Shown here: piece by piece, positions 28,955 to 42,105 of the stretch
Layout of the letters: each line of letters starts with the position of its first letter
Numbering within the stretch: the stretch's first letter is position 1
Source: Octopus sinensis
Taxonomy: Eukaryota
Assembly: GCF_006345805.1 (NCBI RefSeq)
Contig: NC_043003.1
Span: 62,000,001 to 62,064,000 of the forward strand
Direction of reading: 5' to 3'
Length of the DNA: 64,000 nt
Translations under genes and position numbers: made by a program
The notes under the pieces: model-generated
What the model was told of the DNA's origin: nothing
Database searches by the model: none
Seen by the model: the letters and a program-made list of their open reading frames with translations, nothing else

Positions 28955-29151
28955 CTGCTGGTGCCATGTAAAAGGCACCCTGTACACTCTGTAAAGTGGT
29001 TTGCATTAGGAAGGGCTTCCAGCCATTGAAACCATGCCAAAGCAGACAGTAGAGCTTGAAGTAGTCTTCTGACTTGCCAGCACCTATCAAATGGTCAAAC
29101 CCATGCCAGTATGAAAAACAGACATTAAATGATAATAATGATGATGATGAT
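28955..29151 (+). mobile_element. RTE 3'-end repeat with (GAT)n tail
   Basis: cactctgtaaagtggtttgcattaggaagggc...cccatgccagtatgaaaaacagacattaaat(gat)n. Confidence 0.8.
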
Positions 29152-29196
29152 TGTGTGTGTGTGTGGATGTAGAGAGAGAGTAGGGAAGACAGACTA

Positions 29197-29819
29197 TATT
29201 CTTTTATTCTTCTACTTGTTTCTAACATTTGACTGCAACCATGCTGGAGCACCACCTTAAAGGGTTTTAGTCAACGAAATTGACCCCCGGACTTATTCTT
29301 TGCAAACCTAGTACTTGTTCTATTGGTCTCTTTTGCTGAACCACTAAGGTATGGGGATATAAGCATTCCAGCATCAGTTGTCAAAGAATGGTGGAGGGAC
29401 AAACAGACACACAAATATATATATATATATATATATATAAAGGATGGGCTTCTTCTAGTTTCTGTCAATCAAATCTGCTCACAAGACTTTGGTCAGTCTG
29501 AGGCTATAGTAGAAGACATTTGCCCAAGGTGCCAAGCAGTGGGACTGAACCTGGAACCATATGGTTGGGAAGCAAGCTTCTTACTACACAGCCTGGTACT
29601 TATTCTATTGGTCTCTTTGCTGAACTGTTAAGTTGCAGGGAAATAAACACACCAATACCAGTGTCAAGTGTTGATAGAGGACAAACATAGGCACAAAGAC
29701 ACACTCACATATATGACAGGCATCTTTCAGTTTCCATCTACTAAATCCACTCACAAGGTTTTGGTTGGCCTGAGACTGAATCTGAACCATGAGGTCAGGA
29801 AGCAAACTTCTAACCATGC

Positions 29820-29820
<1 letters not shown>
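29197..29820 (-). mobile_element. Two adjacent family-A SINE copies (full 29197-29593, partial 29594-29820)
   Basis: Reverse complement of the 22891 SINE motifs, occurring twice. Confidence 0.85.
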
Positions 29821-29852
<32 letters not shown>

Positions 29853-30304
29853 CTCGTACCAGCCCCACTCTTACCATCTCCTGTTTCCCTTCACCTACTC
29901 CTTCCCTCCTTCAAATGAGCCCATAACCTGCATGACCCCCCTGGTCCACAGTTTCTTTCCTACTCACCTCCTAGCCTGGCTCCTTCCCCTACTCCCATTA
30001 CCTACCACAATCTACCAAGTAGTACCCACAAAGCTAGATTGGGTTTTATACTAGCTAGAAAGGGTAAACATCCTTCTGTGAGTCATCCAATAATGCAGTA
30101 TCACCTGATGAAATGAACCAATAATGATGATTAACCAGATGCCCATGGATAACTATGGATTACACTGTAATCATCCCAAGGATACGGACTCTGATATTAA
30201 AGTCATGTGATTTGTGGAAATGCATGTAGCAATGTATTAAATATTTATAAATTCCATCCTAGAATTATTAGTTATTATTATTATTATTATTGTTGTATAT
30301 ATAT

Positions 30305-30352
<48 letters not shown>

Positions 30353-30370
30353 GACACACACATATGTATG

Positions 30371-30420
<50 letters not shown>

Positions 30421-31555
30421 AAATGCTCATGTGTTTGTTAATGTCTGTATTCTGTGGTGTCTTCCCTTGGAACTACTTGAGTAAAAGTGGTGACATTGTA
30501 TCAACATTTTGTTGTTGACAAATTACCTTGTACTGAAGCACTTTCCAAGACAGATGGAATACAAATCCCTTACTTGTAAATGAAACAAAGTTTAAAGACA
30601 GAAAGTGTACACAGCTGTAAAATGAATGCTCAAATTATATAATATTGATATGGTTTCATGTAGCAGTAATGTTTATTTATGTTTCTTGTGTACAATATAT
30701 TCTGGAGCTTGCCAGTTTCACTGTTTGAAGATCAGGGAAATAAAAAATAATTTTCTTGAAAAACAAAGGTTGGCAATAGGAAGGCATCTGGCTGTAGAGT
30801 ATTGCCATAATATGTTTTATTCAACCCGTGCCAATGTGGTAAAAAGGTGGATGTAAAACAATAATGATACATATGTACATACACATATATAGCTTTTCCT
30901 CAGTTTAGATTGTAGATTGATTCCATGAGTCACCATGCAAATCAAAATAATTTCAATAAAAGGAACACAAACTAAATATAAACAATTATTCATTGAAATG
31001 GGAATAAGGAACATGATTATCACACACACCAATACATACACATGTATAAGTATGAGTATATTGTATTATTCTACCAAAAAAGATTTTAAAAAAAGCCTTT
31101 TCTTTTCTTTCCAAAATGTTATTACGTTTGTATGATGTGCATTTTATAGCTATTGAAAGTCCAGCATTTATACTCACTTCAAATTTTTTCTTTGTTTCTT
31201 TTAAATGTTCCAACAATTGCTTCATTCACATTAAACTATTTTGCAGTTTCTGTTGAATTTTTTCCATTTTGAGGTTGATTTCATATCATCACATTTGAAA
31301 TTCTATTATTCAATCTCAAAATATTTTTTTAAAATATATCAAAATAATTCTAACATAATTGTTAGTTTAGAAGGCAGTCTATCTTGTTTTCAAGTTAGTG
31401 AATTGAATATGAATTAAAAAGAAAATGAAAAACCATAACAGAACAACTGAGTGGTGTTTTCTGTATACATAAATTGAAAGAAAATTTTCAACCGAGACCA
31501 AAACCATGCTAAAGTGAAGCCATGGAAACTGACTACATTGCAAACCAAGGGAAAA

Positions 31556-31597
<42 letters not shown>

Positions 31598-31693
31598 TCA
31601 GACTTGTCTGCTAAATATATATATTTAGCAGACAAGTTTCAGTTTTTTGCCCAGTATCTCACTGTAGCCTACACACCATATGATTTTATATAT

Positions 31694-32600
31694 ACACAGG
31701 GAAGTCAAAAATTATCCACAGTTTTACCAGTTTCTGTAGGTTGGCTCCACTCCTTTCAACACCTGTGTGCTAAAAGATGGTACTTTTGTGTTTCATATCC
31801 AAGTTTGAGTTTCATTGCTCCATTTATTTTTTCTGGTGTTACTGAGTAAACAGGGTCATTCCATTGGCAACATGCACCAAGGAAGAACAGAGATCAGTGA
31901 TCTGATTTCTCTGAAGATTTGTAGGGTATGAAATTTATTGCAGGCTTTCAGTACAATATGGAAGCAATGTTCCACCATATAGAAGTGTGTATGAGTGGAC
32001 TGAGAAGTTTAAAAATGGCTGGACAAATATGAAGCATGAAGAGGGAGCAGGTCGACTATCAACTTCCACCATTGATGTGAAGATTTAACAAGCTCGAGAG
32101 ATGGTTGTAGCAAACCAGTGAGTGATCGTCGATAATAGATGCATCTTCTCTGCAAATTAGTTATAGCTCTGCATATAAAATTACCCATGACAAGCTTTGC
32201 TTCCACAAAGTCTGTGTGAGATGAGTGCCAAGAGAGCTTACCAATGTGAGATCTGTTATGGCTTACTTGACTGCTACAGCAATGAAGGCAAAGTTTTATT
32301 GCAGAGAAAAGTCACAGGGAATGAGACTAGGGTCTGTCACATTGAGCTTGAATCCACAAGGCAGAGTATGGAGTGGAAACACCCGGAATTGCAAACAAAA
32401 ATGAAATTAAGACTCAGCCTTCCACAGAAACAATGATTCTAACCATTTTTGGTGATGTAAAAGGGCCTATACAGAAACATTAGCTGGTAAAGGGGTCTAC
32501 AGTCACTAGTGTAGGCTACAGTGAGATACTGGGCAAAAAACTGAAACCAGCAATTCATACCAAATGCCAAGATCTATTGTCAAAGCAAGTGTTATTGTTG
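31694..32600 (+). mobile_element. 3'-truncated decayed mariner transposon
   Basis: KVTGNETRVCHIELESTRQSMEWKHP (GDETW...PE.K.QSMEW motif) and GRLSTS HTH-linker remnant; no right TIR seen. Confidence 0.8.
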
Positions 32601-32764
32601 CTAAAATGGAACAAAAGTAGGTTTCTCATCAGTTCTTCATAAGTGTTCTCCTTTCTACTACTTTTTGAATAGACATTCAGATTCAAAGGGCAACTGATCT
32701 CTACAATGATGCATGATTTTTGCTCCCCATCCCATACAACCATTCCTAGTATACTCTTTTCTAC

Positions 32765-32965
32765 TCCAGGCACAAAGCCTGAAATTTTTGGGGAGTGAGC
32801 TAATCGATTAGATCGACTCCAGTATGCAACTGGTACTTAATTTATCAGCCCTGAAAGATAAAAGGCAAAGTTGACCTTGGCAGAATTTGAACTCAGAACA
32901 TAAAGACAGACAAAATGCCACTAAGCATTTCACCCGGCATGCTAACACTTCTGCCAGATTGCTGC
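32765..32965 (-). mobile_element. tRNA-derived SINE (family B)
   Basis: ggtacttaatttatcagccctgaaagataaaaggcaaagttgaccttggcagaatttgaactcagaac, the inverse of the 10234 copy. Confidence 0.75.
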
Positions 32966-33250
32966 CTTCCATACCTAGCATATTGTGCTTAGACTGGGTT
33001 GCTGTTTGTATTGGAATGTTCTGCCTGTACTCATTATTTCTAAAAGTGTTAATATTCTCTGGTTCTGGTGTACTTTTTGGTATGGCCATCAGCCCAATCC
33101 TCCTTGCACAGCATTGTATAATGTCTTGGTGGCAATGTGATGTCTCATGAGGAGCTTATATCTTGTAGACATTTTTGGTCAGCTATTGATGAAGTGAGTG
33201 ATATCTTCCACAATGTATATATATATATATGTGTGTGTATGTATGTATGT

Positions 33251-33651
33251 ATATTCTTTTACTTGTTTCAGTCATTTGCCTGTGGCTATGCTGGAGCACC
33301 GCCTTTAGTCGAGCACATTGACCCCAGGACTTATTCTTTGTAAGCTTAATACTTATTCTATCAGTCTCTTTTGCCAAACCGCTAAGTTACGGGGACGTAA
33401 ACACACCAGCATCACTTGTCAAGTGATGTTAGGGGGACAAATATAGACACACAAATATATACACACACACATACATACATATATATATATATGCATACAA
33501 CGGGCTTCTTTCAGTTTCTGGCTACCAAATCCACTCACAAGGCTTTGGTTGGCCCGAGACTATAGTAGAAGACATTTACCCAAGGTGCCACACAGTGGAA
33601 CTGAACCCGGAACCATGTAGTTCGTAAGCAAGCTACTTACCACACAGCCAT
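33251..33651 (-). mobile_element. Family-A SINE, near full length
   Basis: All family motifs are present in reverse orientation. Confidence 0.9.
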
Positions 33652-35302
33652 CTCACATTTCAATTATTCTGTAGTGATAATTTCAACAAATCAAGAATTT
33701 CTCTTTTTTACAATGCTGAATGTGAGCTTATTCGCCTTTGTTTTTCAAGTACATGCCACTGGCCACTCTGAGTTACTTCTCTTATCTCCTTTCTGTCTTG
33801 CTTATAGCTCTCTATCTCTCTGTCCATTCATGCAGCTGTTTGTCCCATCTACTTTCATTTCACCTCATCAATATCTGTCGATTGATTGATCAGTCTGTCT
33901 GTCAGTCAGTCAATCAATCAATCAATAAACAATCAATCATTTGTTCAGGCCTCATGTATTTATCAGTAATTCAAATTTAGTTGCTAAGAAAATGAAGCAT
34001 ATAATGTTCTGTTATCTTGATTTAAAAAAAAGTTAACGATTTGTTGTAATATATTGTGATATTGCCTTTGTTTTATATAACTTCTAAAATGTACCTTGCA
34101 ATGTGAGGAGAATATATATTCATGTAAATGATTTTGTCTTTACTTTTGTTTCCATCTTGTTTAATAAATGTTTTCTCAAACTCTTTTTCGTTTATTTGAA
34201 GTTATTTAAGAGGGTCATAATTCATTCAAAATTTTACAAAGTTATGTTATTATTCAATGTGCTTTCAATAATTGATGGTTGAATGCTTTCCCTTAAGTGA
34301 GCCAGAAGTTGAGCAGTGGCATTATTTATGAAATATTATCTTTGGCATATGGACATCTTTTTGTTACTTCTTATGGTAGTTTATTCAATGACTTAAACAT
34401 GGACAGAGTTCTATGTCCTGAAAATCTCAAATATATTTCCTTTTCAATCAATAGCATGCATTTTGGAACTTAAACAAGTGCCTGTTATATATGTTTGAAA
34501 ATTTTCTTGCCAGTATTTCAGTTCTTGATAGACTATGCATCTTCATAAATTTTATGTCTTGTGAAATATTCAAATGTGTCACAGAAAACGACCAGCTAAA
34601 ATGCTATAGGTCATAAGTGTGAGAAAAACATAACCTATTTTCTTTAAGTGTGCAGTTACATAGAGACCCCACAGAATGCCATTATAAGCTAGATAATAAA
34701 CCAATCACCACTGCATTATTCAAGCTTTTCAACTTTATTGAAACTTACTTTGCCTCATGCAATCATTACTATTGTAATTAACAAACAATGCAAGCTTTTG
34801 TTGAAATTGGATGCACTGATAACTTTCTTAAAACTGATTTTGCTAAATAAAATTGTTTAGTCATTAAATCATTCAAAGTTGTGTTGGGGGTCAACACAAC
34901 TTTGCTCCTGAAATGTGTAAATATGCAAAGTTGACATTCAAAATACTGTTAAGTTGTGTACACTGCTGTCACTGGTTGCTATATGCAGTCTCCGCTTTGG
35001 TATATTATATTCAGACAACTTTTCATATTGTAGTATTCTTTAATGATATTTACATTTAATGACACTGAAACCCCTTGAACATCAAATTTCGATTCCTTGC
35101 TAATTTAACTTCAAACACAAATCTTAAATCTTATACTGATCTCTCAGGCTGTTCAATGTCTCAAGGAGCTAATTTTTTTTTTTGTTAGGGTTTCCAAAAT
35201 ATCCACAGTGACAGAGAAATGCAATTCATGTCAATGTAACTATGACATTTTCTAAAGCAACAACAAACTGTGGAAAGTAGGACTGACTGTTAATACACTA
35301 GA

Positions 35303-35400
35303 ACAGTGATTCCCAACATGGGGCATATGCCCCACCGGTGGGGCTTGGGAAATTTGTAGTGGGGCATGAGACCCAAAATTTCTTTTTTTTATTCTTAAGT
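35303..35400 (+). mobile_element. hAT/Charlie-like left-end fragment
   Basis: cagtgattcccaacatggggcatatgcccc resembles CAGTGNTTCCCAA hAT termini; no matching right end seen. Confidence 0.45.
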
Positions 35401-35755
35401 GGGACATTGAATTGTGAAAATATTTTCTTACAGTGAACATACTACACCAAAATTAAGAATTCCTCAAGAACTTTCTTGACAACCTAATACCTCTTCACAA
35501 TTGAATGGATAGTGGGTAATAAGCAGCCTCTACCATTCTGTAAAATTACTTATAAGAATATAAAAATAACCAAATGGAAAACTTAATGTAAATTGTAAAA
35601 ACTGTAATTCAATTTCCATTGTCTTTTTACATTTTTTACTCACTTTTGACTTGGTAGTTATTATAGAAAATAAAGATAAATTTTATCATTTAAATATATA
35701 TATATTAGGGACAAATACATATATGTATATATCGATGACTTCCTACCTACCAACA

Positions 35756-36127
35756 AATCTGCTGGAATGTATTAAGAATGAAAATACAAGTCATTGTTTT
35801 TGATTCTTGCTGTTCACTGTGCATATGATGATTTATTATCAGTTGGAAGTTATAAGCATGCATCAGCAAATAATCTGTTTGCTGAAGTTATAAACAAAAG
35901 CCCCAAGCTCTTGCTAGATTAATTAGTCCATGGAGGCTTTGGCTGATGAAACACAATGATGTTGAAACATTGAGTGTCCCAAAGTCCCCTTATGCTAATT
36001 AACAGAGTGTTATGATCACATATTTGTCTAAAATGACAGGTTGCTCTCCAATGACAAAATACTAAAGCGTTTAGCATATTCATGTCTGAATCTGCTGGAA
36101 TGTATTAAGAATGAATATACAAGTCAT
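35756..36127 (+). mobile_element. Retrozyme-like / Penelope pLTR-like unit, 333-bp period with 39-bp terminal direct repeat
   Basis: aatctgctggaatgtattaagaatgaa(a/t)atacaagtcat at 35756-35794 and 36089-36127 (1 mismatch), enclosing the hammerhead. Confidence 0.65.
35935..35986 (+). ncRNA. Type I hammerhead ribozyme, core intact
   Basis: GGCTTTGG-CTGATGA-AACA caatga TGTT-GAAA-CAT tga GTG-TC^-CCAAAGTC. Stem I 8 bp (one GU), stem II 4 bp, stem III 4 bp, GUC cleavage triplet ending at 35978. Stem I extends via ttaattag (35919-35926) / ctaattaa (35995-36002). Confidence 0.85.
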
Positions 36128-36176
36128 CATTTATAAGTATATATTCACACATATTTTTGTATATATGTATATGCAT

Positions 36177-36207
<31 letters not shown>

Positions 36208-36282
36208 TGCATGTATCTTATATTAACGTTTGTTTTTATATCAAGTTATATATGTATATGCATACTTATTTCTTAATTTTAG

Positions 36283-36369
36283 CTCTCAACATCTAAAGGT
36301 TGCATTGCTGGAGATTTACAATTCCATGATGCAAATGGAAATTTTATATGTTGCAAGAATACAAAATCT
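36283..36369 (+). CDS. SPO11: SPO11 internal exon (exon 6 equivalent)
   Basis: tcttaattttag| ... |gtaagt, 87 nt, phase 0-0. Translates LSTSKGCIAGDLQFHDANGNFICCKNTKS (SPO11 LSTSKGLIAG.L motif), in frame with the previous exon. Confidence 0.96.
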
Positions 36370-37699
36370 GTAAGTTAGATATTTTAATTCTTTTGTTTTC
36401 ATTGAATTTATTATTCATGATAGTTTGCCATTCTTTTTATCAAGCTACCATATGCTGGAAAGAACTTCTCAGTGTCATATTTTCATGCTTTTGTTTCATG
36501 TTGACTCATGTAGAAAGTTCTAAATTTCTTTCTCTCGATCTAATTACCTCATCCAAATTTCTTTATGCTTTAGGTACCACTTTTCTGTCTCTCTACTATT
36601 TTCTACTATTATTTCATATATATTTTTCAACCAGCTTACCATTCATTAACAGAACAAGAGAATTATGTTATACACAATGATTAATGGGAGTGTGCTCATT
36701 CAATTTACTTCATTACATATCACTCATATTATTTCTCTATAAACTGAATTCCTTTGTATTCCGTTTTTCTTCTGAAGTTCCCGCATTAGATTCTTTAGCA
36801 AAACCCAGCCATCTAATTAATGAAGCTAGCTTGCAATCTATTTTTGAGTTAATTTTTAAAGGGCTCAATCTTGAGAGTGAAAGAAAGAGCTCAAAGTCAA
36901 AATTTTGGCAGTGACATACTTAAATTTCATTCAGCACATCTACTAAATCTCAGCTCTACTTAATATGTGCCATACATGCCTTCTGTTTGGTATTCATCCA
37001 TACATATCATACCAAACAGCATGGGAATCAACCAAAACTTCTTTTTTTCACAGTTTCTTTCACCTGAAAAACAGCATCAATGATACAAAAACCAAACTAC
37101 TTTACATCCACTTCATCTTTGTTATAGCTTTTTTATTATTCTTTCTACTTAGTGTATTTGATAGATTAGTTTTTCTCTGTTGAAATATCCCTTTCTATGA
37201 CACTACTATTGCTTTTTCATTTTTTTGTGATTAGTAATCATACTCCTATTGTCAGTTGTAGAAGATAAGATCTCCCTGCATAATTTGATTATTGAGTTAA
37301 GTAATAGTGTAACTTCCACCCAGCCCAATGCCTTAATTACCCTAGCAATAATAAAAGGAAGTTTTTGAGCTTTCCTTATCTTCCTTAATACATTATGTTC
37401 ACAGAAATATATTTACTTCTCTCAAACAGTACTTTTATTTTATTTTGTATTATTTATTTGCTAAGTTTTATTTAATAATAACATTTATAGATATGATATT
37501 GATATTATTGCACTTGATTTTACACACATGAACACCACATACACAAACTTCTATTAATCTATGTACACACAGGAATTTATTTGTTAGTTTGGAGATATAT
37601 CCAATACTTAAAGAGTTTCTAGACCCTCTAAAGACTTAAAAATATTGATTATTGTGGCTGAGATTGAGTATTAATTGTTGCATCTTAGTAGTTAAATTG

Positions 37700-39560
37700 G
37701 AAACAATTTTTTTATTCAAGCCAAGGAGGAGGGTCAGTGCCAATAAACAGTACATATTTTTCAAAACTAATCATGTTGATGTGGGTGATTTTAACAGAGA
37801 CTTCTATAGGTTGACAACTTATGCAAAATGTGAGCAGGAAGAGATATACATAGGCTTTCAATTCTGAGATGGAAGGATATGCTGAAACTATTTAATTCAT
37901 ATCTTAGAGACTGAGAGTCATTGATAAGATTTGGATAGATAAATGTGTTTACAGATAAAGACATCAGGAACCATAATTACATCAGTTGAAGAAACAGTGT
38001 TGGTGATTGACGGTTTTCTTCCAGTTAGACAGATGGTGATTTTAGTAGATGCTGTGTAGAATGTGTATAGCAGCTGTACTATCCTGTTATGTGAGCAACA
38101 CTGAAACTTTAACTGTTTAGATCTGAAGAATTATTTGTCCAAGAAGGCAGCTTTGACAGTGTTATAGCTATGTAGGTGCCATCAAAGATCCTTGAGGCTT
38201 ATCATATATAGATTAAAGACTGAATACTTTAATTATGTGTTTACTGCATGCTTCTTTTATATATGCAGTAATTCTGTGTTATATTCTTGATGAAAACTAA
38301 ATTACCATCTTCATTGGAGGATGTTTTATTGGTCCGTTAGTAGTCTGTGGTATTTAGGCAACATGACAAGAATGAGTGAAAGATGGTGCCATCTGTGCAG
38401 AATGTAACAGGGAGTGGTATAACTGATGTAGAGAGATGGCAATTTGGAAAAAATATCTGAATTTTGAAACACAAAGGAAGTGATCAATTGTGAGTTGGAG
38501 AGAGCCAGTTGACACTTACTAAAAAGAAGTGACCTGATAAGAAACAATGAGACAATAGAAGGAGTCTATAGAATGGAAACATCATCTAGGGGCTTCTTTT
38601 GGCAGTGGATAGTATCATTACTTTTACTGGTGCTTTTATTGTTAAGAGAACATTAAACCATGGCACAATGAGCAAATCTCCAGTAGGTTTGGTTCTATGG
38701 AAGCTGTAATGTTGGTCACAGAGAAGAGCAAAAGATTCAGTTTAATAAGGTGGTTGTTGTTTCCATTGTATTTGAGGTGTTGAGAGTCAAGGTAGCAGTC
38801 AGCAGAGCTAGTGAGGTAGCCCTCCTTTGGGCTTGACATACTGTAACACATTTCTATAAACCACATAGGTTTCCATGGAGAAGATAGAAAGCCTGAGAAT
38901 TTAGTGAAGTGTTTGCTTGGAAAAAAACTGTGAGAAGATGATGACAATGACACTATCAGGACTAGTTGCCTTCTTTTGGCTAACAATATAGTAGAAACAC
39001 TTGACAGCAGTGAATATCATGGTGAGATATGTGAGACTAAGAAAAATTTATGAAGGGTTTTGTGTGTTTTGTTAGAGGGACGAGAAAACACTATTGGAGA
39101 TGAGTTTGCAAGTATTTCAGGGCACAAAAACCTCTTTTAGTAAGTTGATAGACATCTTGTACACATTGCGGTGGTGGCTTCATAATTGGAAAGTAGATTT
39201 CTTTTGGGTGTTGCTGGCAGGGTTTTTCACTTACACCACTGTGAGTGAACTACTTTGCCTATCCCACTGTGAATGAAATTGTATGGATATGGTTTCAGTC
39301 ATCTAGTTACATGTCCCAGGGATGAAACCTATTTGCTTCCAGAGGTATAGGAGAGGGGAAAAGGTTGAGTACTTAACAATTAACTGAATTGAATTACTAA
39401 AAAGTTTAATGAACAGTGGTTGTTCCATGATAGATTGATATGGAGCAGGATGATATAATTAGGCAGTAATCAGATGATTGTATGTGCATGGGGAGTTGTA
39501 GGATAGAATAATGCTTGGGTTCAGAAGTATATCAATAATTAAGGATGTTTGAAGATCATC
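37700..39560 (-). mobile_element. Possible highly decayed retroelement (Penelope-like?)
   Basis: Purine-skewed, higher-GC tract with only weak RT-like hints (for example DDVSIL on the minus strand near 38570). Confidence 0.3.
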
Positions 39561-39990
39561 TGAAATTCTGAAAATTGAAAAGATTCAAAAACTAATATTT
39601 TTTTTCTTGGAGATCATCTGCAAACCAAAACCTGTGTTTGGTACCAAACATGACTTAAAAATAAAAAGTATGCAAATAATTTTATGTTCTGTCCTTATTC
39701 CACTTCATTTATCAGTTTATTAAAGTCCAAACAAACTATAATATTTAAAGTCTTTATTTATCCCCCTCAGAGTGAATATTCATAATGCAAATGAACAATA
39801 ATGAGGAATACGTTTACTAGGCTATATTTGCTTACCTTTACTTGGAGTTTTGCATTTAGGTGTCTTGTTTAGTATGTATTTTTATATTATCCTAAGCTAA
39901 TTAATGATATTTTCTTTATAATTATGGTAAGTTGGTAAAATCACCCACATGCCCCACTTGGCTAGGGCTATCAAAGTACTCTAATGGTAT

Positions 39991-41107
39991 TGTGGGGATG
40001 ACCTGGAAGAAGAGGGCCATGATGTCAATGGTCAGGAGACTGACCGGAAGAGGATGTATGAGAAGGGAAGTGTGGGTGGATAGGACAGGGTCATCCTCCT
40101 TTTGGCCAGCCAAGGCATTGCAAACAGACGTGAGAAAATATATTCTTGGCTTGGTGAGACAGCAGCTGCTTATACTGGGTAACAGAGTAGGACAGGACCT
40201 CCAGAGTGACTACTACTAGTTGGGCACAGATGAGAGAGGAAGGTAGGCAAACCTCTTTTCATTTCCCATGCATAACAAGCTATTTTGGTAATTGTATACA
40301 GATATCGTTGTCCCCTTGATATGATGGCAGTGAAGATAAGGATGTCATCAGACCTTTCTATAGCGAAAGTGATGTAGTAGCCTGGGTTTGAAAGGTCAAA
40401 GTTGTGGCCAGGCTACAAGGAAGCCTCATGGCCCTGTATTTGGATGGGAGTGCACTGGCACTGTACCTCAAAATGGATAAAGAAGAATAGCTGAGTGTGG
40501 TGAAGATTGAGCAACGCTTGAGAGAAGCTTACACAGATGGAGAGTATGCTGCTTTTGCTAAGCTGAGAATGATCAGATGGAGAGGAGAACAGGTTGACAA
40601 ATATGTTGCACAACTCAGTGGAACAGAGCAATAGTGACAGCTGTCAATTCCAAAAACATCTCTATGGATGAAATGCTGCGTCATGTCTTGGATGTTCATA
40701 GGATTGTTGCTTTGTTGGATGATGATTGTGGAAAAGAGGAACAGAATGAGGTTCCCAGTTTAAGAAGATCACAACATGCAAGGTGCCCACCCAGGTGGGT
40801 GGTAGATTTTGACATGGAATGAAGTGAGGAGGTGATCTTTGAGATTGGGGGCATGTGGGGATGAGATGGAAGAAGAGAGCCATGACATCAATGGTCAAGG
40901 AACTGACTGGAAGAGGAAGCATGAGAAGGGAAGTGCATGAGGAAGAGGACTCTCTTTGGCCGGCTGAGGCATCACAAACTCTCGGGTTTGTGAGATAGCA
41001 ACTGCTTATACTGGGTAATAGGGTAGGATCACCGGAGTGACTACTACTAGGTGGGTGCAAATGAGAGAGGCAGGTAGGTGAACCTCTTTTCATTTTCCAT
41101 GCATGAA
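39991..41107 (+). mobile_element. Internally deleted Gypsy-type LTR element (about 1.1 kb)
   Basis: LTRs at 39991-40277 (TG...CA) and 40854-41107. 5-bp TSD GGTAT on both sides. Gag remnant DVIRPFYSESDVVAWV*KVKVVARLQ...LYLDGSALALY, integrase-tail-like LRRSQHARCPPRW, and a purine tract before the 3' LTR. Confidence 0.9.
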
Positions 41108-41630
41108 GGTATCCTTATAGTCACAAAACTTTAGTTCAACCTATAATACATACATACAAATCAAAATTTTGTTTCAAAGTTTGGTGGGATTGAACTAGGC
41201 TCTTCTTGGGATCTAAGATGAGGGCTATAGTGGAAGACTCTTACCAACTTCAGGTAACAAGCTATGAAATTCTTACAATCTCTCAGTTTCCTGTAATTCA
41301 GACCACCTCATGTTCCTAGCAGACAAAACTGAAATGGCTTTGCTCTGGAGGATAACAAGAGAGATGCAGTGGAACAGCCACTCTGATTCATAGGACTTGC
41401 ACTTGCAGATATCCATCTCTGCCCTGATAGCAGTGAGCAGAGATATGGTCTGGGACTGAGTACACTGGAGGTCTCCACTGCCACAAGCTCAACCATAAAT
41501 CTGTCAGTGAGTAACCAATACTTTGACAGTTTGCTCTTCTTGGCCTGACAAGCAAACTTATACCATTTTCCAAATCTGAAAAATTCTGAAACCTTCCTAG
41601 TTCCAAGGATTTCTGGGAAGAGATTGTATA

Positions 41631-42105
41631 TCATCATCATCCTCATCATCATCGTTTAACGTCCGCTTTCCATGCTAACATGGGTTGGACGATTTGACTG
41701 AGGACTGGCGAACCAAATGGCTGCACCAGACTCCAATCTGATCTGGCAGATTTTCTACAGTTGGATGCCCTACCTAACGCCAACCACTCCAAGAGTGTAG
41801 TGGGTGCTTTTACATGCCATCGGCATGAGGGCCTGTCAGGCGGTACTGGCAATGGCCATGCTCAAATGGTGTTTTTATTATGCCACCTGCACAGGAGCCA
41901 GTCGAACGGCACTGGAAATGACCTCGCTGAAATGTTTTGTTCAAATGCCACCGGCAAAAGTGCCAGCAAGGCGATGCTGGTAATGATCACGCTTGAATGG
42001 TGCTTTTTACATGTCACCGGCATGGAAACCAGTTAGCTGCTCTGGCAAAGATCATGCTCGGATGGTGCTCTTAGTGCTCCACTAGCACGGATACCAGTCA
42101 TCAAA
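41631..42105 (-). mobile_element. RTE 3'-end repeat with internal tandem subunits
   Basis: (atc)n-gtttaacgtccgctttccatgc...; inverse of 58182-58743. Confidence 0.9.

Noticed and set aside
41800-42100. Regularly spaced repeats resembling a CRISPR array
   Set aside because: Eukaryotic context; these are degenerate subunits of a retroelement 3' region, with no cas genes.
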